Assembly (NCBI GenBank): GCA_041664605.1
Contig: JBAYKO010000002.1
Span: forward strand, 7,453 to 71,452
Source of the DNA: Minisyncoccota bacterium
Lineage (GTDB): Bacteria; Patescibacteriota; Minisyncoccia; Phycocordibacterales; UBA9973
DNA: 64,000 bases
Direction of reading: 5' to 3'
Numbering within the stretch: position 1 is the stretch's first letter; the number at the start of each line of letters is the position of its first letter. This document shows positions 1-9,380 of the stretch, piece after piece. The notes beneath the pieces were generated by a model, which worked only from the letters and a program-made list of their open reading frames with translations, did not search any database and was not told where the DNA came from. A program made the translations under genes and the position numbers.

Positions 1-872
1 TGTGATGAAGTTGAAAGAAATGTTCCTAGCATTTGAGGAAATAATAAAATAGATAAAGCAAAAATGATCGGAATAACCCCAGCTTGGTTTATTCTAAGTG
101 GTATATAAGTTGAAACCCCACCATACATTTTCATTCCTCTGACTCTCTTAGCATAAGTGACAGGAATCGGTCTCTCTGCTTCGGTTACAACAACCACACC
201 AGCAATAATAAAGAGTCCTACCACAGTAAAGAGAATAAATAATGGAATTTGAGATACATCAAAAGAAAAGATTGTCTGACCGACTTGGCTTGGAATAGAA
301 GCCACAATACCCGCAAAAATTATAAGTGAAGTACCATTACTAATTCCGTATTCAGAGATAAGCTCACCAATCCACATTATAAGTATTGACCCAGCAACAA
401 TAACAATTAAACTAGTGGCTTGATCAAACATAGTTAAATCAGCTAATATGCCCTGTTTTTGAAGTAGTGCTATCATTGAAAATCCTTGAATTAGAGCAAG
501 GGGAACAGTAAGTAATCTTGAATATTGAGCAAATTTTTTCTTCCCAGCTTCACCTTCTTCGTGATAAAGCCTCTTTAGAGCAGGGATCATAATAGTTAAA
601 AGTTGCATAATAATCGAAGCAGTAATATATGGTCCAACCCCCATCATAAGAATAGACAAATGAGAAAGACCACCTCCTGAGAATATGTTTAATATTCCAA
701 AGAATTGATTATTGTTTAAAAAATTCTCAAGCTTAATAGCATTAACGCCAGGAATTGGAATCGCAGCCAAAAGTCTAAAGACAATAAGAGCCCCTAACGC
801 AAAAAGTATTTTCTTTCGCAGAACTTTATCTTGGAAAACAACTTTAACTTTATTCCAAAAATTTGTAATCAT
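1..872 (-). CDS. secY: Preprotein translocase SecY (3' end beyond window)
   Basis: Manual translation from ATG at 872: MITNFWNKVKVVFQDKVLRKKILFALGALIVFRLLAAIPIPG...FSGGGL...MGVGPYITASIIMQLL; directly follows rplO. Confidence 0.97.
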   Translation of the reverse strand, partial: MITNFWNKVKVVFQDKVLRKKILFALGALIVFRLLAAIPIPGVNAIKLENFLNNNQFFGILNIFSGGGLSHLSILMMGVGPYITASIIMQLLTIMIPALKRLYHEEGEAGKKKFAQYSRLLTVPLALIQGFSMIALLQKQGILADLTMFDQATSLIVIVAGSILIMWIGELISEYGISNGTSLIIFAGIVASIPSQVGQTIFSFDVSQIPLFILFTVVGLFIIAGVVVVTEAERPIPVTYAKRVRGMKMYGGVSTYIPLRINQAGVIPIIFALSILLFPQMLGTFLSTSS

Positions 873-893
873 ATTTTTATTATATCTTTAAAC

Positions 894-1325
894 CTATTTT
901 ATTTCACCTCCCAAAGCTTCGATCTTTTTTCTTGCTGATTCAGACACTAGGCAATCTGAAATAATTATTTTTTTTGTTAATTCTCCTGTTGCTAAAATTT
1001 TTATCAAACTTATTCTTCCTCCGAGTTTTTTTATAATATTTTTACTAAACAATGAATTAGGCGTAACTTTTTCTCCATCTTTAAAAAGTTTGTCGATGGT
1101 TGAGAGATTAATTGCAACTGGTTTTTGTTGAGTAGTAGTAAATCTGTATCCTCTTTTTTTAGGAATCTTTTTTATTATGTCTCTTAGTTCTGGTCTCTTT
1201 TTTCTTCCAGCTCTTGAGTTCTGTCCTTTGTGTCCCTTGCCAGAAGTTTTACCACGGCTTCCTCCTCTACCGATATACTTTTTCTTTCTATTTTTAGTTT
1301 TTCTTTTTATTTCGTGTAATTGCAT
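894..1325 (-). CDS. rplO: 50S ribosomal protein L15
   Basis: GRGGSRGKTSGKGHKGQNSR motif; spc operon position. Confidence 0.98.
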   Translation of the reverse strand: MQLHEIKRKTKNRKKKYIGRGGSRGKTSGKGHKGQNSRAGRKKRPELRDIIKKIPKKRGYRFTTTQQKPVAINLSTIDKLFKDGEKVTPNSLFSKNIIKKLGGRISLIKILATGELTKKIIISDCLVSESARKKIEALGGEIK

Positions 1326-1329
1326 GGTT

Positions 1330-2004
1330 TTATTCTTCTTTTTCTTTTAAATTTTCTGGAATAATATCATCTAAATTAATTTCTTCATCTATAATTGGTG
1401 CTGTATAAACTTTTTCTGTTAGATATGAAAGTGCTTTCATTGTTGCTCTGGCAGTATTATATTTATTTTTACTTCCAGAAAGAACTTTTGAAGTAACATT
1501 TTTAACACCTGCTAAATTCAAAATATCTCTTACAGAACTTCCAGCTACCATTCCCTTTCCTCTGTTTGGCATAATCATGACAACTGAAGCACAGAATTTT
1601 GCTTCAACATCATGAGGAATAGACATCTCTTTTGTTGTTCTAATCTTTATCATGCTCTTTTTTGCGCTTCTTAGGGCCTTTCCAATAGCAAGTGCTGTAT
1701 CCCCGGCTTTTCCAGTTCCAAGACCAACAGAACCCTTTCTGTCTCCTATAACCATAGCAACGCTAAAACTAAATCTTCTTCCTCCTGAAACGACACGAGT
1801 CACTCTTCTTATGCTTATGATTTTTTGATCAAATTCAGGCTTAGCTTTTTCAAAAGACGGTCTTCCACCCCTTCTATCGTTTGATTTTCTGCCATTACTT
1901 TCTCCTGGTTTTCTAGGAGAAAAACCTGGCTTTCTAGGTAGAAATCCTGGCTTACTTCCATTTGTACTTCCTGTGTTTGGTTTTGTATTTTGAACTTTAT
2001 CCAT
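1330..2004 (-). CDS. rpsE: 30S ribosomal protein S5 with N-terminal low-complexity extension
   Basis: RRVTRVVSGGRRFSFSVAMVIGD motif; N-terminal KPGF-PR tandem repeat. Confidence 0.98.
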   Translation of the reverse strand: MDKVQNTKPNTGSTNGSKPGFLPRKPGFSPRKPGESNGRKSNDRRGGRPSFEKAKPEFDQKIISIRRVTRVVSGGRRFSFSVAMVIGDRKGSVGLGTGKAGDTALAIGKALRSAKKSMIKIRTTKEMSIPHDVEAKFCASVVMIMPNRGKGMVAGSSVRDILNLAGVKNVTSKVLSGSKNKYNTARATMKALSYLTEKVYTAPIIDEEINLDDIIPENLKEKEE

Positions 2005-2009
2005 ATTAT

Positions 2010-2354
2010 TTAAAATTTAAGACCATTACTTCTAGCTTCATCAGCAAGAATTTTAATTCTTCCTGTATACTTGAAACCGTTTCTATCAAAAACAACATCT
2101 GAAACCTTCTTTTCTTTAGCGCTTTCGGCAATTAATTTTCCAACTTGCTTTGCTCTTTCTGTCTTTGTGCCTTTTTTAACAGTAATATCAGAAACTGAAA
2201 CTAAAGTATTTCCTTTTACATCATCAATAAGTTGAGCATAAATATAACTATTTGAACGGAAAATAGAAAGTCTAGGTCTTTTTGCAGTCCCAGAAATTTT
2301 TGATCTGATTTTTTTCTTCAATCTTATTCTTTTTTCTGTTTTTTTATTTGCCAT
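2010..2354 (-). CDS. rplR: 50S ribosomal protein L18
   Basis: [10 protein letters not shown]...[14 protein letters not shown]. Confidence 0.98.
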   Translation of the reverse strand: MANKKTEKRIRLKKKIRSKISGTAKRPRLSIFRSNSYIYAQLIDDVKGNTLVSVSDITVKKGTKTERAKQVGKLIAESAKEKKVSDVVFDRNGFKYTGRIKILADEARSNGLKF

Positions 2355-2377
2355 AATACTTTATAACTTTCTACTTA

Positions 2378-2914
2378 TTAAGCAGATTTCTTTCCTTGTT
2401 TTCTTCTAATAACTTCATCAAAATATCTAAATCCTTTACCCTTATATGGTTCTGGTTTTTTAAGTGATCTAACTTTTGCTGCAAATTGTCCAACGCTTTC
2501 TTTATCAATTCCAGAAATTGTAATATTGTTTTTTTCAGCCTTAACTTCAAGGCCGTCTGGAATAGGAACAATAACTGGATGAGAAAAACCGAGTGCAAAG
2601 TTTAAATTTTTTCCAACTACTTCTGATTTAAAACCGATTCCTTCTAAAATTAACTTCTTTTCAAATGGAGTATTTACTCCTAAAATCATATTCTTTAAAT
2701 GTGATCCATAAGTTCCCCATAATGCTCTTGCAAAAATATCACTTTTAACTGGATTAAGGGTTATTTCATTGTTTTCAATTTTAACTTCAATAACATCAAA
2801 TTTGAATTCTCTTTTCAATTCTCCCTTTGGTCCTTTTACAATAATAAAACTGCCATCTTTTTTGACTTCTGTTTTTTCCGGTATTTGAATTATTTGTTTT
2901 CCTACTCTAGACAT
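2378..2914 (-). CDS. rplF: 50S ribosomal protein L6
   Basis: MSRVGK...KPEPYKGKG. Confidence 0.98.
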   Translation of the reverse strand: MSRVGKQIIQIPEKTEVKKDGSFIIVKGPKGELKREFKFDVIEVKIENNEITLNPVKSDIFARALWGTYGSHLKNMILGVNTPFEKKLILEGIGFKSEVVGKNLNFALGFSHPVIVPIPDGLEVKAEKNNITISGIDKESVGQFAAKVRSLKKPEPYKGKGFRYFDEVIRRKQGKKSA

Positions 2915-2946
2915 AATTTTTATTATTTATAGTGAGCTCTGTCGAA

Positions 2947-3336
2947 CTACCAAATCTTAAACAATAATTCTCCTCCGACCATTTCCTTTTTAGCTTCTTT
3001 GTCTGTTAAAATTCCTTTTGGGGTTGATAGTACAAAAATTCCAAAACCATTTTTAAATGGTTTGATTTCCTTTACTCCTGCATACATTCTTCTTGATGGT
3101 TTAGAAATTCTTTTTACATCATTAATTCTTGGTTTATCATCTCTGAAGGCAACACCTATTTCCAAAACTGGAAAATCCTTTGTTGTCTTTTTTGTTACTG
3201 ATTTAACATAACCTTCTTTTAAAAGACAATTTGCAATTGCGTGTTTGATTTTTGAATAAGGTACAGTAATAGAATCTCGGGAAGCATTTCCTGCATTTTT
3301 TATCATTATTAACATTGATGAAATTGGATCAGTCAT
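2947..3336 (-). CDS. rpsH: 30S ribosomal protein S8
   Basis: MTDPI...RISKPSRRMY...STPKGILT...GGEL. Confidence 0.98.
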   Translation of the reverse strand: MTDPISSMLIMIKNAGNASRDSITVPYSKIKHAIANCLLKEGYVKSVTKKTTKDFPVLEIGVAFRDDKPRINDVKRISKPSRRMYAGVKEIKPFKNGFGIFVLSTPKGILTDKEAKKEMVGGELLFKIW

Positions 3337-3348
3337 TTTTTTATATTT

Positions 3349-3534
3349 TTACCATGAAGATTTTCTAACACCAGGAACCATTCCTTCATTAGAAAGTTCT
3401 CTAAAACAAATTCGACAAAGACCAAAATCACGCATAAAACCATGCTTTCTGCCACACTTAAAACAACGATTTACTTTTCGCGTACTAAATTTGGGTGTTT
3501 TTTTTGATCTTGCGATAACTGAAGTTTTTGCCAT
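3349..3534 (-). CDS. rpsN: 30S ribosomal protein S14 (zinc-binding type Z)
   Basis: RCFKCGR...CRICFRE...PGVRKSSW. Confidence 0.98.
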   Translation of the reverse strand: MAKTSVIARSKKTPKFSTRKVNRCFKCGRKHGFMRDFGLCRICFRELSNEGMVPGVRKSSW

Positions 3535-3540
3535 AAAAAT

Positions 3541-3571
3541 TAGGTTCTAGCTTCTAGGGGCTAGGTTCTAG
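3541..3571 (-). repeat. Five-unit CTA-N4 heptamer array in rpsN leader
   Basis: CTA at exact 7-nt period (TAG on + at 3541, 3548, 3555, 3562, 3569), ending 6 nt before ATG. Confidence 0.85.
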
Positions 3572-3658
3572 TAAATCAAGATATCTCATTCTTTTTCTTA
3601 AATACTTCAATAAATACGAGTACTTAAGGAGAAGAACGGATCTTTAACCTACCAAACT

Positions 3659-3686
3659 ATATTAGCAAATTTAAAAATGTTGTCAA
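3659..3686 (-). promoter_or_regulatory. Internal sigma70-type promoter for rpsN-secY block
   Basis: TTGACA-16 bp-TAATAT on minus strand upstream of rpsN. Confidence 0.65.
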
Positions 3687-3830
3687 ACCCATTTTAAAAC
3701 CATCAGAAAAGGACGGTCCTTTTCTGATTAAAAAGCAAGTTTGAGAGCAAGTCAATTTTAAAACCCTTCGGGAAGGACCGTTCTTCCCGGATTCTGCGAA
3801 AGTCTTGCTTTCGCAGAATCAACCCATTTT

Positions 3831-3854
3831 AAAACCCCCTAAATAGGGGGTTTT
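3831..3854. terminator. Intrinsic terminator of orphan cassette 3867-4697
   Basis: AAAACCCCCT-AAAT-AGGGGGTTTT hairpin with A and T tracts. Confidence 0.8.
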
Positions 3855-3866
3855 ATTAAAAAACTT

Positions 3867-4697
3867 TTATTTATTCTCGAACTTACGTTCCTTGGTTTCA
3901 GGATCAGTTACTATTCCTCTCTTAAAAACAATCGGACCAACTTTTTCAATTTGTTCTTCTTTTTTATTTTCAATTAAACGATTAAATGGACTATTATCTT
4001 TATTTCTTTGATCGTATCCAATCTTGATAATTTGTTCTTCCATTCTATTAAAAGCAAGTAAAAGATGTATTTTTCTTTCTTTTGGTGACATTTCTTCAAA
4101 ATTTTCATTATGACGTCCCCACCATTCACCTTTATTGTTTGGTTTTGTACCAAAATAACTCCCATTAATCAATTCATATGAGCAATTAGGGCAAATGGTA
4201 GTCTCATAATAAAGTGGTTCCAAACAATTAGAACAAATATTATTTTTTACTTGAAATCCACCATGATACACCCAATTATCTTTAAGGGAGCAAGCAAAAA
4301 TACCGAATTTTTGATGTTTAAACAAGCGACCAGTTTTTATTTTATTTCTTTCACTTCCATAAAGAGTTAAGCAAAATTCCCGTCCCTCTTGTGCTATTTC
4401 TTTTATTTTCTCAATTTCTTTTCTTTCAGAATTGTTTTCTACATCATTTGCTGTGATTGTAATAAATCGGGCAAAATGATAGGCATTCAAAAGATATTTT
4501 CTTTCTTTTGCATACCCATAAAGACTTTTAATCTTAAAGAAAGAATTTTTTTGACGCTCTATATGAGCTTTAAAACTTTTATCAAGATTTGGGAAAAATT
4601 CCGGACCACTTGGATAATGCCTATAAATAAAGAGTGTTTTCCTTATTTCATCTATGTATGAATTCATTAACGTCTGGGCAAATATTCTATTTTCCAT
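3867..4697 (-). CDS. Orphan cassette protein with double zinc ribbon
   Basis: 276 aa ORF; CSNC-x9-CPNC; own promoter and terminator. Confidence 0.75.
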   Translation of the reverse strand: MENRIFAQTLMNSYIDEIRKTLFIYRHYPSGPEFFPNLDKSFKAHIERQKNSFFKIKSLYGYAKERKYLLNAYHFARFITITANDVENNSERKEIEKIKEIAQEGREFCLTLYGSERNKIKTGRLFKHQKFGIFACSLKDNWVYHGGFQVKNNICSNCLEPLYYETTICPNCSYELINGSYFGTKPNNKGEWWGRHNENFEEMSPKERKIHLLLAFNRMEEQIIKIGYDQRNKDNSPFNRLIENKKEEQIEKVGPIVFKRGIVTDPETKERKFENK

Positions 4698-4705
4698 TTC
4701 AATAT

Positions 4706-4756
4706 ATTTAATTTACTTTTCTACCCCAACCTTACCACAACCAAATAATTAGTCAA
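4706..4756 (-). promoter_or_regulatory. Cassette-type promoter/leader
   Basis: TTGACT-16-TAAGGT-tggggt-AGAAAAGTAAATTAAAT. Confidence 0.8.
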
Positions 4757-4764
4757 TGAAAAAG

Positions 4765-4790
4765 AAAAGCGGCCATTATTGGCCGCTTTT
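4765..4790. terminator. Intrinsic terminator of cassette 4796-5269
   Basis: AAAAGCGGCCA-TTAT-TGGCCGCTTTT. Confidence 0.8.
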
Positions 4791-4795
4791 TAACA

Positions 4796-5269
4796 TTAAT
4801 GCATATTTTGGAGAAGTTGATTGAGCGTTTTATCAATATCAGCAACAACGCTTTCTGCTGATTGTTCAAGTATTAAAGCTCTTTCTTCTGATTTCGCTAA
4901 TAATTTATTTTTCTTTCTTAAAGAAGAAGATTCGGTTGCTTTAGAAAGATATTTATTAATTTTCTTTACATCCTTCTTCATTCCTTTTACTTTTTCACTT
5001 AAACTATTAGCAAAGTCAATCATTTGATTAACCGCTTCTTTTTTCTCTATATCTGAATCAGATATTAATTCACTGTAATCTTTGCAAGCAACAACTAATT
5101 TCTTACAGGAATTAGCCGTTGTGTCCAAGCATAATTTTAATGCCTTAATATCCTCCTTTAAAGACCTAATTTCTTCATTAGTATTCTGGTACTGACTTTT
5201 TTTGGCTTGACCAAAGATGTTAACACTGACAACAATTGATAAAATCGCTAAAATTACTAGTTTTTTCAT
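4796..5269 (-). CDS. Orphan cassette protein, signal peptide plus coiled coil
   Basis: MKKLVILAILSIVVSVNIFG-Q signal peptide; helical heptad pattern. Confidence 0.75.
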   Translation of the reverse strand: MKKLVILAILSIVVSVNIFGQAKKSQYQNTNEEIRSLKEDIKALKLCLDTTANSCKKLVVACKDYSELISDSDIEKKEAVNQMIDFANSLSEKVKGMKKDVKKINKYLSKATESSSLRKKNKLLAKSEERALILEQSAESVVADIDKTLNQLLQNMH

Positions 5270-5296
5270 TTTTACTGATTTAATGTTCTGTTTGTT

Positions 5297-5337
5297 TTAT
5301 CTAGTAAACATAATATCATTAAAAATATATTAGTCAA
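5297..5337 (-). promoter_or_regulatory. Cassette-type promoter/leader
   Basis: TTGACT-16-TATTAT-7-AGATAA. Confidence 0.7.
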
Positions 5338-5401
5338 GCCAATTAAAAAACAGCCCTTATGGCCGTTTTTTACTTTACAAACTTTATAACTTTCTACTTT
5401 T

Positions 5402-5947
5402 CTAGTCTTCTTTCTTAAATGGAACTCCAATAGCTTCAAAGAATTTTATTGCTTCTTCTTTACTCTTAGCTGTTGTAACCAATGTAACCCCCATTCCAAA
5501 AACATCTTTTAATTCTTCATCGGCAGTTTCAGGAAAAATTGTATGTTCTTTAATTGAAAAAGTCATATTACCAATATTGTCTACTGATTTTCTGGTTAGT
5601 CCTCTAAAGTCTTTTGTTCTAGGAATAACAATATTAAAAAGCTTATCTAAGAAAGAATACATTCTTCCCCCTCTCAGTGTTACTACAACTCCAACAGGAT
5701 CTCCTTCTCTTGTCTTAAAAGAAGCAATTGATTTCTTGGCTCCCCTAATTGATCCTTTCTGGCCAGTCATCTTTGCTAATCTACCTAAAATAAAATCATT
5801 TCTATTTTTGTCTTTTTTCACACCTGAACCAGTTCCGGAATTTAAAACAACCTTAACCATTTTAGGTGATGCCATTTTATTTTTGTATCCAAAATCTTTT
5901 TTCATTGATTCAAATGCTTTTATTTCTCTTTGTTTTACTGTTTCCAT
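5402..5947 (-). CDS. rplE: 50S ribosomal protein L5
   Basis: TGQK...KKSIASFKTREG...VTLRG...IFPE. Confidence 0.98.
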   Translation of the reverse strand: METVKQREIKAFESMKKDFGYKNKMASPKMVKVVLNSGTGSGVKKDKNRNDFILGRLAKMTGQKGSIRGAKKSIASFKTREGDPVGVVVTLRGGRMYSFLDKLFNIVIPRTKDFRGLTRKSVDNIGNMTFSIKEHTIFPETADEELKDVFGMGVTLVTTAKSKEEAIKFFEAIGVPFKKED

Positions 5948-5961
5948 AATTTTATTTGAAA

Positions 5962-6267
5962 TTAAATTTCTTGACCGCTTTTTTTACTGATTCTTACTTT
6001 TTTACCAGCAACTATTTTACTACCAACTCTTGATCTGGTGTTATCTTTTGGATCAACAATCATTACATTTGCAACTTTTATAGGCATAGCAATACTTAAA
6101 ATTTGTCCTTTTTCTCCACTCTTTCTTGGCTTTTGGTGTTTCTTTCTTACATTTATTCCTTCAACAACAATTTTTCCAAGTGCAGGGAAAGCCTTAACAA
6201 CTTTTCCCTTTTTGCCTTTGTCTCCACCAGTAATCACTATTATGTTGTCTCCTTTTTTTATATTCAT
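5962..6267 (-). CDS. rplX: 50S ribosomal protein L24
   Basis: IKKGDNIIVITGGDKGKKGKV KOW motif. Confidence 0.98.
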   Translation of the reverse strand: MNIKKGDNIIVITGGDKGKKGKVVKAFPALGKIVVEGINVRKKHQKPRKSGEKGQILSIAMPIKVANVMIVDPKDNTRSRVGSKIVAGKKVRISKKSGQEI

Positions 6268-6277
6268 GATTGATTTT

Positions 6278-6314
6278 TACTTTATAACTTTATGAACTTT
6301 CTACTTTATAACTT
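6278..6314. repeat. 37-bp ACTTT-unit repeat after rplN stop (identical copy at 10902-10938)
   Basis: tactttataactttatgaactttctactttataactt. Confidence 0.85.
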
Positions 6315-6315
6315 A

Positions 6316-6687
6316 CTAAAGTACTTCTGGTGCTAATGAAATAATTTTTTGATAACCTAATTCAGCAAGCTCTCTTGGAATCGGCCCGAATATTCTTCCT
6401 GCTTTTGGATCTTTCTTTCCTTTTTCCAGAATAACAACTGCATTATCATCAAATCTTATATATGATCCGTCTTTTCTTCTGAAAGCTTTTCTTTGTCTTA
6501 CAACTACGGCATGGTGAATATCTTTTTTCTTAACAAGTTTTCTTGGCTCTGCAACTTTAACAGAAATAACAACAAGATCGCCGATTTGTGCATATCTTTT
6601 TTTCGAACTACCAAGAATCTTGAAAACTTTTCCAATTTTTCCTCCAGCATTGTCTGTTATTTTTACTACTGTTTCTGGTTGTATCAT
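6316..6687 (-). CDS. rplN: 50S ribosomal protein L14
   Basis: MIQ...DNAG...IRFDDNAVV...RIFGPIPREL...SLAPEVL. Confidence 0.98.
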   Translation of the reverse strand: MIQPETVVKITDNAGGKIGKVFKILGSSKKRYAQIGDLVVISVKVAEPRKLVKKKDIHHAVVVRQRKAFRRKDGSYIRFDDNAVVILEKGKKDPKAGRIFGPIPRELAELGYQKIISLAPEVL

Positions 6688-6691
6688 ATTT

Positions 6692-6949
6692 TTATAAGAC
6701 CTTAAATTTCTTATCTTTAGAAATTGGTCTTGTTTCTATTATTCTTACAACTTCACCGACTTTGTGAATGTTCTCTTCATCATGTGCCTTGTAACGTTTA
6801 TTAATCTTTAAATATTTCTTATATTTTGGATGTTTAACAAAACGAGCAACAGAAACAACTACAGTTTTCTGCATTTTATCGGAAACAATCTTACCTTGTA
6901 AAATTTTTCCTTTTTGTTCTTTTTCTGTTGTTTTGATTTCTTTTGCCAT
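6692..6949 (-). CDS. rpsQ: 30S ribosomal protein S17
   Basis: [14 protein letters not shown]...HPKYKK...ETRPISKDK. Confidence 0.98.
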   Translation of the reverse strand: MAKEIKTTEKEQKGKILQGKIVSDKMQKTVVVSVARFVKHPKYKKYLKINKRYKAHDEENIHKVGEVVRIIETRPISKDKKFKVL

Positions 6950-6969
6950 AATTATTCTTGTCCGATCTG

Positions 6970-7173
6970 CTATGCAGATTTAGGATTATTATTCTTTTGT
7001 TTTGTTATCTCAGTTAAAATTCTAGCGATATTTCTTTTTATTGTCTTTCCTTCTTTAACATTTTTACTCTTACTTCCAGAAACTCCAAATCTAAATGCTT
7101 TCAGCTTGTGTCTCTCTTCTTCTAAGAGTTTTTGTAAATCAGTATTTTTAAGTTCTATTTTATTTTTTGCCAT
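6970..7173 (-). CDS. rpmC: 50S ribosomal protein L29
   Basis: FRF...[10 protein letters not shown]; between rplP and rpsQ. Confidence 0.93.
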   Translation of the reverse strand: MAKNKIELKNTDLQKLLEEERHKLKAFRFGVSGSKSKNVKEGKTIKRNIARILTEITKQKNNNPKSA

Positions 7174-7177
7174 AAAA

Positions 7178-7603
7178 TTATTCTCTTGCTATAACTTTCG
7201 TCTTAACTGGTAATTTTGTTCCAGCTTTTCGTAAAGCTTCTTTTGCAATTTCTGCAGGAACTCCATCAACTTCAAAAATAACTCTTCCAGCACTTACTTC
7301 AACACAGTATCCCTGTGGATCACCTTTACCCTTTCCCATTCTTACCCCTGCTGCTTTTTGTGTAAAAGGTCTATCAGGAAAAATTCTAATCCAAACTTTT
7401 CCGGCTTTTGTAAGTTTTCTTGTCATTGCCTTTCTAGCTGATTCAATTTGGTTTGACTTGATTCTTGCTGGAGTTGTAGCTTTAAGCCCAAAAGAACCAA
7501 AGCTTACTTTTGATCCTCTCGCTGAAGTAGTGGAAGAAATCTTTTTTGGATTCTTTCTAGCACTTTGCCATTTTCTAAATTTTACTTTCTTTGGGAATAA
7601 CAT
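7178..7603 (-). CDS. rplP: 50S ribosomal protein L16
   Basis: WIRIFPDRPFT...RMGKGKG. Confidence 0.98.
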   Translation of the reverse strand: MLFPKKVKFRKWQSARKNPKKISSTTSARGSKVSFGSFGLKATTPARIKSNQIESARKAMTRKLTKAGKVWIRIFPDRPFTQKAAGVRMGKGKGDPQGYCVEVSAGRVIFEVDGVPAEIAKEALRKAGTKLPVKTKVIARE

Positions 7604-7608
7604 AATTT

Positions 7609-8277
7609 TTATTTCTTATTTTTATCTTCGAAAATTTCTCCTCTATAAATCCAAACTTTAATTCCAATATCTCCATAAGGTAAGTGTCCTTTTTCTCTTG
7701 CAAAATCAACATCAGCTCTAAAAGTTTGAAGTGGAATACTTCCTTTTTTTAATTCTTCTGAACGAGCAATTTCAGCTCCTCCCAATCTTCCTGCAAGTAA
7801 TATCCTTACTCCTTGTACTCCCCTTGAAGACATTACTTTTTCAATTGTTTGTTTCAAAACTCTTCTATAAGGCATTCTTTTTTCTAATCCTTCTGCAACT
7901 GAATAAGCAACTATGTGCGCATCAGAATCTGGAGCAGTAACTTCAACAATATCAATTTTTAAATCTTCCCCTAAAGTAATTTTTTCCTTTCTTAACATTT
8001 TCAATAAATCTTCTTTCAACTTAATAGCACCTTCTCCACTTCTACCAATTATCATTCCAGGTCTTGAAGTTTTGATAACTATTCTTGTTGTTTTTTGATT
8101 TCTTTCAATTTCCACTACTGAAACATAAAAAGTTCTCAATCTTTTTTCAAAAAATCTTCTTATTAAAACATCTTCTTTTAAATATTCTTTATATTTTTTG
8201 TTATCAGCAAACCAAGCTGATTTCCAGCCTCTTAAAATTACTAACCTATGTGCGTATGGGTGAACAACTTTTGACAT
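7609..8277 (-). CDS. rpsC: 30S ribosomal protein S3
   Basis: RPGMIIGRSG...GRLGGAEIARSE...GIKVWIYRGE. Confidence 0.98.
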   Translation of the reverse strand: MSKVVHPYAHRLVILRGWKSAWFADNKKYKEYLKEDVLIRRFFEKRLRTFYVSVVEIERNQKTTRIVIKTSRPGMIIGRSGEGAIKLKEDLLKMLRKEKITLGEDLKIDIVEVTAPDSDAHIVAYSVAEGLEKRMPYRRVLKQTIEKVMSSRGVQGVRILLAGRLGGAEIARSEELKKGSIPLQTFRADVDFAREKGHLPYGDIGIKVWIYRGEIFEDKNKK

Positions 8278-8282
8278 AAATA

Positions 8283-8771
8283 TTATTTGGCCTTTTTAAT
8301 CGGCTTCTTAACTGATTTTTTGGTAACTTGCCCCGCCTTGGCGTGGGTCTTTTCTATATCTTTTTTAGGTTTTAAAATTTTTTCAGCTTTTTTCAATGCT
8401 TTCTTTGCAACCTTCTTTTCTTTCTTTGTTTCTTTAGTACCTACTTGTCTTACCCCAAGAGTAATCACAAGATGACTTGTTCTTTTATTAATTCTTGATG
8501 CTGAACCTCTTGCTCTTGGCATAAACCTTTTATAAACAACACCTTTATCTACTGTGACTTCTTTTACATAAAGCTCATCTTCATTTGCTCCAAAATTATT
8601 CTTTGCGTTAGCTATTGCTGATTTTAAAAGTTGTTTAAATGGAAGAGCTGCTCTTTTAACTAAGAAATCAAGTTCTGTTTCTGCAACTTTTACGTTTTTA
8701 CCTTTTATTAAATTCGCAACTAAACGAACTTTTCTAGGTGATTGTCTGTAGTTTTTAAGTATTGCTTTCAT
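8283..8771 (-). CDS. rplV: 50S ribosomal protein L22 with Lys-rich C-terminal extension
   Basis: QSPRKVRLVA...PRARGSASRINKRTSH. Confidence 0.98.
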   Translation of the reverse strand: MKAILKNYRQSPRKVRLVANLIKGKNVKVAETELDFLVKRAALPFKQLLKSAIANAKNNFGANEDELYVKEVTVDKGVVYKRFMPRARGSASRINKRTSHLVITLGVRQVGTKETKKEKKVAKKALKKAEKILKPKKDIEKTHAKAGQVTKKSVKKPIKKAK

Positions 8772-8780
8772 GATTTAAAA

Positions 8781-9125
8781 TTATTTTTTCTTAGTGTCAG
8801 TTGTTGACTTTGCAGCCTTAGCAGCAGTTATTTCAGCTTCTTTTTTCTTTTGTTCTAATTCTTTCTGCATTTTACCTCCGTGTCTTAGGAATTTCTTTGT
8901 TGCAGAAAATTCTCCAAGTCTGTGACCTACCATATCTTCAGTGGCTAAAACATCAATAAAAAGCTTCCCATTATGAACAGCAAAAGTAAAACCAACCATT
9001 TCTGGTGATATCTGACAGGCTCTTGACCATGTCTTAATAGCGCCGGTTTCAAGCGGTTTTTTGCCTTCTATTTTCTTTAGAAGTCTTTCGTCTACGTATG
9101 GTCCTTTTTTAAGTGATCTTGTCAT
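8781..9125 (-). CDS. rpsS: 30S ribosomal protein S19
   Basis: [12 protein letters not shown]...HNGK...MVGHRLGEF; start moved to ATG at 9125. Confidence 0.97.
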   Translation of the reverse strand: MTRSLKKGPYVDERLLKKIEGKKPLETGAIKTWSRACQISPEMVGFTFAVHNGKLFIDVLATEDMVGHRLGEFSATKKFLRHGGKMQKELEQKKKEAEITAAKAAKSTTDTKKK

Positions 9126-9186
9126 TTGTAAATTAAAATAAAATAAGCCCACCTAATACGATTAGGTTATTTTGAGCCTGTTAGTT

Positions 9187-9214
9187 ATCTTAACAAATTT
9201 AAAGATAGTGTCAA
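9187..9214 (-). promoter_or_regulatory. Internal promoter for rpsS-rplE block
   Basis: TTGACA-16-TAAGAT upstream of rpsS. Confidence 0.65.
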
Positions 9215-9255
9215 CTTTATTTATATAAAAACCTATTAATATCTTGGGGGGTTGA

Positions 9256-9324
9256 CCCGGCAGTAGAGCTTGGTGATGCTCTTTTAGAGCCGTGCTTTGC
9301 ACATCTCCAAGTCTCACTGCCGGG
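9256..9324. mobile_element. 69-bp CCC...GGG inverted-repeat mini-element with TTGA flanking duplication
   Basis: cccggcagtagagcttggtgatg / catctccaagtctcactgccggg arms; TTGA at 9252-9255 and 9325-9328. Confidence 0.6.
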
Positions 9325-9364
9325 TTGACATAAACTCCCAAAAGGTAATCTTGGGGTAGAAATT
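9325..9364 (+). promoter_or_regulatory. Cassette-type promoter/leader
   Basis: TTGACA-15-TAATCT-tggggt-AGAAATT. Confidence 0.7.
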
Positions 9365-9380
9365 CTTTAAATTACATAAA

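Noticed and set aside
1326-1329. rpmD (L30) missing between rpsE and rplO
   Set aside because: Real, but a well-known CPR trait; used only as taxonomic evidence
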